From the NCBI GenBank assembly GCA_010015805.1, contig ML978124.1, positions 310,001 through 374,000 of the forward strand: a DNA stretch of 64,000 bases, read 5' to 3'. The notes under the pieces were generated by a model. The model was not told the origin of the DNA and searched no databases. It saw only the letters and a list, made by a program, of their open reading frames with translations. This document shows positions 61,937 to 64,000 of this stretch, one piece after another. The first letter of the stretch is position 1, and each line of letters begins with the position of its first letter. A program made the position numbers and the translations under genes. The DNA comes from Rhizodiscina lignyota. Lineage: Eukaryota.

Positions 61937-64000
61937 TCATGTTCTCCTCATATAACTAGGGATGCTATAAGGCGCTGCCCATGCCTCAACAGCTGCCCAT
62001 GGATCGTCATCTTTCCGCTCCCGCATTTGACACTTTGCCCGTGATTTTCGCGGCGCACGCATTGCCCGTGCATCGTACTTTGCCTGCTCCTGGGCTCCAT
62101 CATCTATTGGTGTCACCTCGTCTATTACTTCTCGCTTTCCCAACTGGCATTTTGCCGTTCTCCCAATCTCATGCAGCGTGGGTGCACGCTTGTCTTCTGC
62201 ATTGATTGTGGTGCCTTTCGCAGTGGATATCTGGAATGCTACAGCGGCCACAGTGCCTGGCACACAGGGTACGGCGCCAATTTTACGCCTGGAAATGAGC
62301 GTTAGTCAAAGGCGCACACTCGCAAATGGTCTTCGAAATTGTTATACTGACGAGATCAAAGTGCATCCCTGCCGTGATTCAAAACTGAGGGCAAGAGCCT
62401 CGCCGCCTTCATCTACCCAAACTATAACAGTGTCTTCGTATGTCAGCTCTCCATCGTCATCACTATTACAATTAACGTGAATATCGTTACCTTGCTCTTT
62501 GAAGTATTTGCTCGAACAGTTTATCTTTGAAATAAGGATGAGTCTGCCGGTTTCATCCTCTGACTCCACTTCGAGCCACAAATCTTTCTGTGATGTGATT
62601 TTAGAGCCGACTAACAGTATCAGAGGATTGAGTATCATTGTCATACGATAGTGTCCGAAGTAAGGCGCGGAAATCGAAATTCGACAGTTTATGTCCGAAA
62701 TATACACCTACTGCAACGTATCGCAGGCTGGCAAATCCAATTGCACAGTCAATCCAGTTGTCCGCAATTAGCTTGTAGTGCATACAGCGCATTCCTCTTT
62801 TGGCTTTTGAGACACGAAGCCGTCGGAATTGTCTTGCATCTGGCGTAGCATCATCTGATTCCCTCTTTCTCTTCAATGACTTTGGTAGCTGTTCCAGTGT
62901 TGAAAGGGCACTTTTGACTCGTGCATCTTGAAAGGTAGGTAGTAGTGGAGGCGCCATCCCAGCAAGATCATCGTCGGCAGTAGAGAAGTGAGTTCCGCAT
63001 CGAGAACTACAGAGCTGTTAGTGGGATGGGCCTATACTTTCCCATAAGAATATACAGTCAACATGATTTGGGACATACCAGGTGACACCAACTTGGGAAT
63101 CACCTCCAGACTCAAAATTACAACTTGGACAGCACTCAAGAGATGCTGAACTAATTGAGCTTGACTTCCTAGTAATAACCATGCTCATTGACACCCGTTG
63201 CCCAGGAAAGAAGCAGGAATCCCATGACCGGGAGAGGTTAATGTCTTCGTGAGTTCCATTATCTGTGATAACGAATTCGCCTCTTTCAATCATTCTTTGG
63301 CCGCACCCAGAAGGTTTAAAATTGACTTTCAATATTGCCACAAGGGCCTCGGCAGAGCGCACAAACTCAAGATGGAAAGGGCTATCCTTTCCAAAAGCGT
63401 CAAGCAAATAGACAGGCTGTTGATGCTGAGTTTGGCCGGGAATCTGGCATATGATGCGTTGTATATCGTGAACAGTCTTGAAAACGAGGAAGTTCATTCG
63501 GATAGCAGCTGCACTCAGCGTGAGAAGGCGCTTGCCTAAGTCGACGGTTTCTGTGACCGTGGTGTTAATGGCGGCGAGCTTTGCCATCCATTGAATAGAG
63601 AGCTCCTGAATTTTCGCCGCCAAAGTCTTATGGTGCTGTTCCTGTTTCCTGGCCTGAAGCGATCACGCATCGAATTGTATGCTCAACAACAATACCTCGA
63701 TTGAGCTGGTATGGCCTTGCAACTGTGCTCTAAAAGCTTCGACGTCATCCTTCTTGCACAGTGCCCATTTGATTCGATACCATGCATCTCTCATATTATT
63801 GGATCCGCCACGATGCCCAAGATGGGGTTGGTATTTCCGTATCTTCTTCAGGAACTCGTCGATGGTTGTTTGGCACTGCGCCGCAGCCTGACGCAATGCG
63901 ACCTTCTCCACATTCTGAGATCCATCGAACTCTAAGCGCTTTACCCGCAATAAAGCACTCTCAAGTTGATGAAGCTCGTTTACGAGGTCACGGTAGGTCT
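61937..64000 (-). pseudogene. Fungal helical N-terminal domain + ubiquitin-like domain + Zn ribbon + PP4R3/Psy2-like EVH1 domain; in-frame TGA at 63663-63665; 5' end off the window
   Basis: ORFs 63663..63950 and 63018..63623 are one frame separated by a single TGA. An intron at about 63078-63007 joins VTC-SRCG. Further introns link NWIDCAIGF, LEVESED..LILISKI, DTVIVW..LALSFESRQGC and the last exon ending at 61937. Confidence 0.7.

Noticed and set aside
1..64000. tRNA, rRNA, snoRNA, TPP riboswitch or intact transposase
   Set aside because: No convincing signatures seen by eye. A covariance-model scan (tRNAscan-SE, Infernal/Rfam) is needed to exclude small RNAs.

Overview
Eukaryotic, intron-containing DNA from a filamentous ascomycete (Pezizomycotina; GT-AG introns of about 45-170 nt with CTAAC/CTGAC branch sites). 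I can support about 23 protein-coding loci. Conserved genes: the 5' part of the RGS regulator flbA/SST2 (missed by the ORF track), a tyrosine phosphatase, a PAS hybrid histidine kinase, a Clr5-domain protein, an FSH1 hydrolase, a TRI12-type MFS transporter, a YSC84/SYLF protein, an S10 carboxypeptidase, an Rrg1-like methyltransferase, VPS28, NOC2, an aldehyde dehydrogenase, Ran/GSP1, NAS2, a RhoGEF, an RTC3/SDO1-like protein and a P450. Accessory loci are interspersed. The most striking are: (1) a long imperfect inverted repeat at 15.4-15.8 kb whose arms differ mostly at synonymous codon positions and which lies downstream of a TATA box and an intron (candidate hairpin-RNA locus built from an inverted gene duplication); (2) a divergent non-RD protein kinase with an HMG-box-like N-terminus and a frameshift; (3) a protein with a complete 76-aa ubiquitin-like domain ending in LRGG inserted in its middle; (4) a helical/ubiquitin-like/Zn-ribbon gene that appears to have captured a Psy2/PP4R3 EVH1 domain and has a premature stop; (5) a 67-aa secreted Cys-containing peptide; (6) a divergent Sog2-like LRR protein next to a degenerate 55-bp tandem repeat. 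I saw no tRNA, rRNA, CRISPR array or intact transposon. Family calls come from motif recognition by eye; no database searches were run.
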